A program made the translations under genes and the position numbers. The notes under the pieces were generated by a model, which did not search any database, was not told the DNA's origin, and saw nothing but the letters and a program-made list of their open reading frames with translations. Shown piece by piece: positions 63,029 through 64,000 of a stretch of DNA of 64,000 nt. The DNA comes from an uncultured Pseudomonadota bacterium (lineage in GTDB: Bacteria > Pseudomonadota > Gammaproteobacteria > Burkholderiales > SG8-39): NCBI GenBank assembly GCA_963739205.1, contig CAVTZJ010000002.1, forward strand, positions 576,192-640,191, read 5' to 3'. Every line of letters starts with the position of its first letter. Positions within the stretch are counted from its first letter, which is position 1.

Positions 63029-64000
63029 GTGGTGGATCGGCGAACGTTCATCGGCGGTGTTGCGGGTGGTCTCCTCGTCGTGCCCCTTATTGCTAGCGCA
63101 CAGCAGCCGGCAATTCCTGTAATCGGATACCTTAACAGCAGGGCGGCCGGCGATGACCCACACCTTCTGGCCGCGTTCCGCCAAGGTCTGAAAGAAGTCG
63201 GCTACGTCGACGGCCAGAACGTGGCGATCGAATACCGCTTCGCGGAGGGTCAAGACGATCGGCTGCCAGCACTGGCTGCCGATCTGGTTCGCGGTCACGT
63301 CGCCGTGATTGCCGCGAATGGACTTGCGGCCCAGGCGGCAAAGGCAGTAACCGCGACGATTCCGATCGTGTTCTCCGCAGGGTACGACCCGGTCGAGGTG
63401 GGGCTTGTGGCCAGCATGAGCCGGCCAGGTGGCAACATCACGGGCGTCAGCATCCTGGACGTGGAGCTAGGACCGAAGCGCCTCGAGCTGCTGCACCGGT
63501 TGGTCCCATCGGCGACCATCATTGCCGTACTTGTCAACCCGGCCGATCCCGCTCGTGCCGAAACCATAACGAGAAACACGCAGGTGGCGGCCCGCAACCT
63601 CAGGCTGCAGCTCCATGTCCTTCATGCCACCAGCGACCGCGACTTCGATGCGGTGTTTGCCAGCTTGGCCCAGCTCCGGGCAGGCGGGCTCGTGATCGGC
63701 GGTGACCCGTTCTTCAATAGCCGGAGCAGACAGCTCGGTGCGCTGACCCTTCGGCACGTGGTACCTACCATTTACCAGTTTCGCTCATTCGCGGCTGCCG
63801 GCGGCCTGGCGAGCTACGGCGCCGATCTAACGGATTCGTACCGTCTAGTCGGCGTCTACACCGGTCGGATTCTCCACGGCGAGAAGCCGGGCGACCTTCC
63901 CATCCAGGGAGCCTCCAAATTCGAGTTGGTCATCAATCTTAAGACAGCTAAAGCGCTCGGGCTGTCGATCCCGCAATCGCTGGTCGTGAGCGCGGACGAG
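63029..64000 (+). CDS. ABC transporter substrate-binding protein (PF04392-like), 3' end outside window
   Basis: Not in the ORF track, because the frame is open to the window edge. GTG start. Tat-like DRRTFIGGVAGGLLVVPLIASA. IPVIGYLNS..., PIVFSAGYDPVEVGLVASMSRPGGNITG, KFELVINLKTAKALGLSIPQSL. Confidence 0.8.
   Translation, partial: MVDRRTFIGGVAGGLLVVPLIASAQQPAIPVIGYLNSRAAGDDPHLLAAFRQGLKEVGYVDGQNVAIEYRFAEGQDDRLPALAADLVRGHVAVIAANGLAAQAAKAVTATIPIVFSAGYDPVEVGLVASMSRPGGNITGVSILDVELGPKRLELLHRLVPSATIIAVLVNPADPARAETITRNTQVAARNLRLQLHVLHATSDRDFDAVFASLAQLRAGGLVIGGDPFFNSRSRQLGALTLRHVVPTIYQFRSFAAAGGLASYGADLTDSYRLVGVYTGRILHGEKPGDLPIQGASKFELVINLKTAKALGLSIPQSLVVSADE

Noticed and set aside
1-64000. A search by eye for CRISPR arrays, tRNA/rRNA genes, integrases and complete IS elements.
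   Set aside because: I saw no regularly spaced repeats, no tRNA-like T-loop contexts outside coding regions, and no intact transposase or integrase ORF. A computational scan (tRNAscan-SE, Infernal/Rfam, ISfinder) is still needed to exclude small RNAs.

Overview
This is a GC-rich proteobacterial chromosomal segment, densely coded on both strands. I saw no rRNA, tRNA or CRISPR array. About 75 protein-coding features can be supported.

The left part (1-37.5 kb) is mainly housekeeping and catabolic. It holds a TPP enzyme, cysK-like and aminotransferase genes, a Baeyer-Villiger monooxygenase, gshA, pcaHG with a divergent PcaQ-like LysR regulator, an AdrA-like diguanylate cyclase operon, two cspA paralogs flanking ybiT and two nitroreductase genes, a MATE pump and many one-component regulators.

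From about 37.5 to 45.5 kb there is a visibly lower-GC type I restriction-modification island, ordered hsdM-hsdS-extra gene-hsdR. HsdS and the embedded 359-aa gene are intact. hsdM carries three 1-nt insertions and hsdR one.

The right part is a mosaic of paralogous stress modules: two ECF42-type sigma/DGPF(YCII) modules, two ArsR+SRPBCC pairs, two DUF1993 genes and two ORF6N genes. It also holds a BNR-propeller + MoaD-like (GG-terminated) pair, whose MoaD 3' half is duplicated next to an IS3 transposase relic and a desaturase/hydroxylase cassette.

The signals most worth a second look:
- The gene translationally coupled into the R-M operon.
- A 12-bp-arm palindrome kept by compensatory changes inside both ORF6N paralogs.
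- A Crp/Fnr-type palindrome followed by a C/U-rich tract and an intrinsic terminator, which could be an sRNA or an attenuator.
- Multi-hit frameshifts clustered in only five genes.

All calls come from reading the translations and the DNA by eye. No database search was run.
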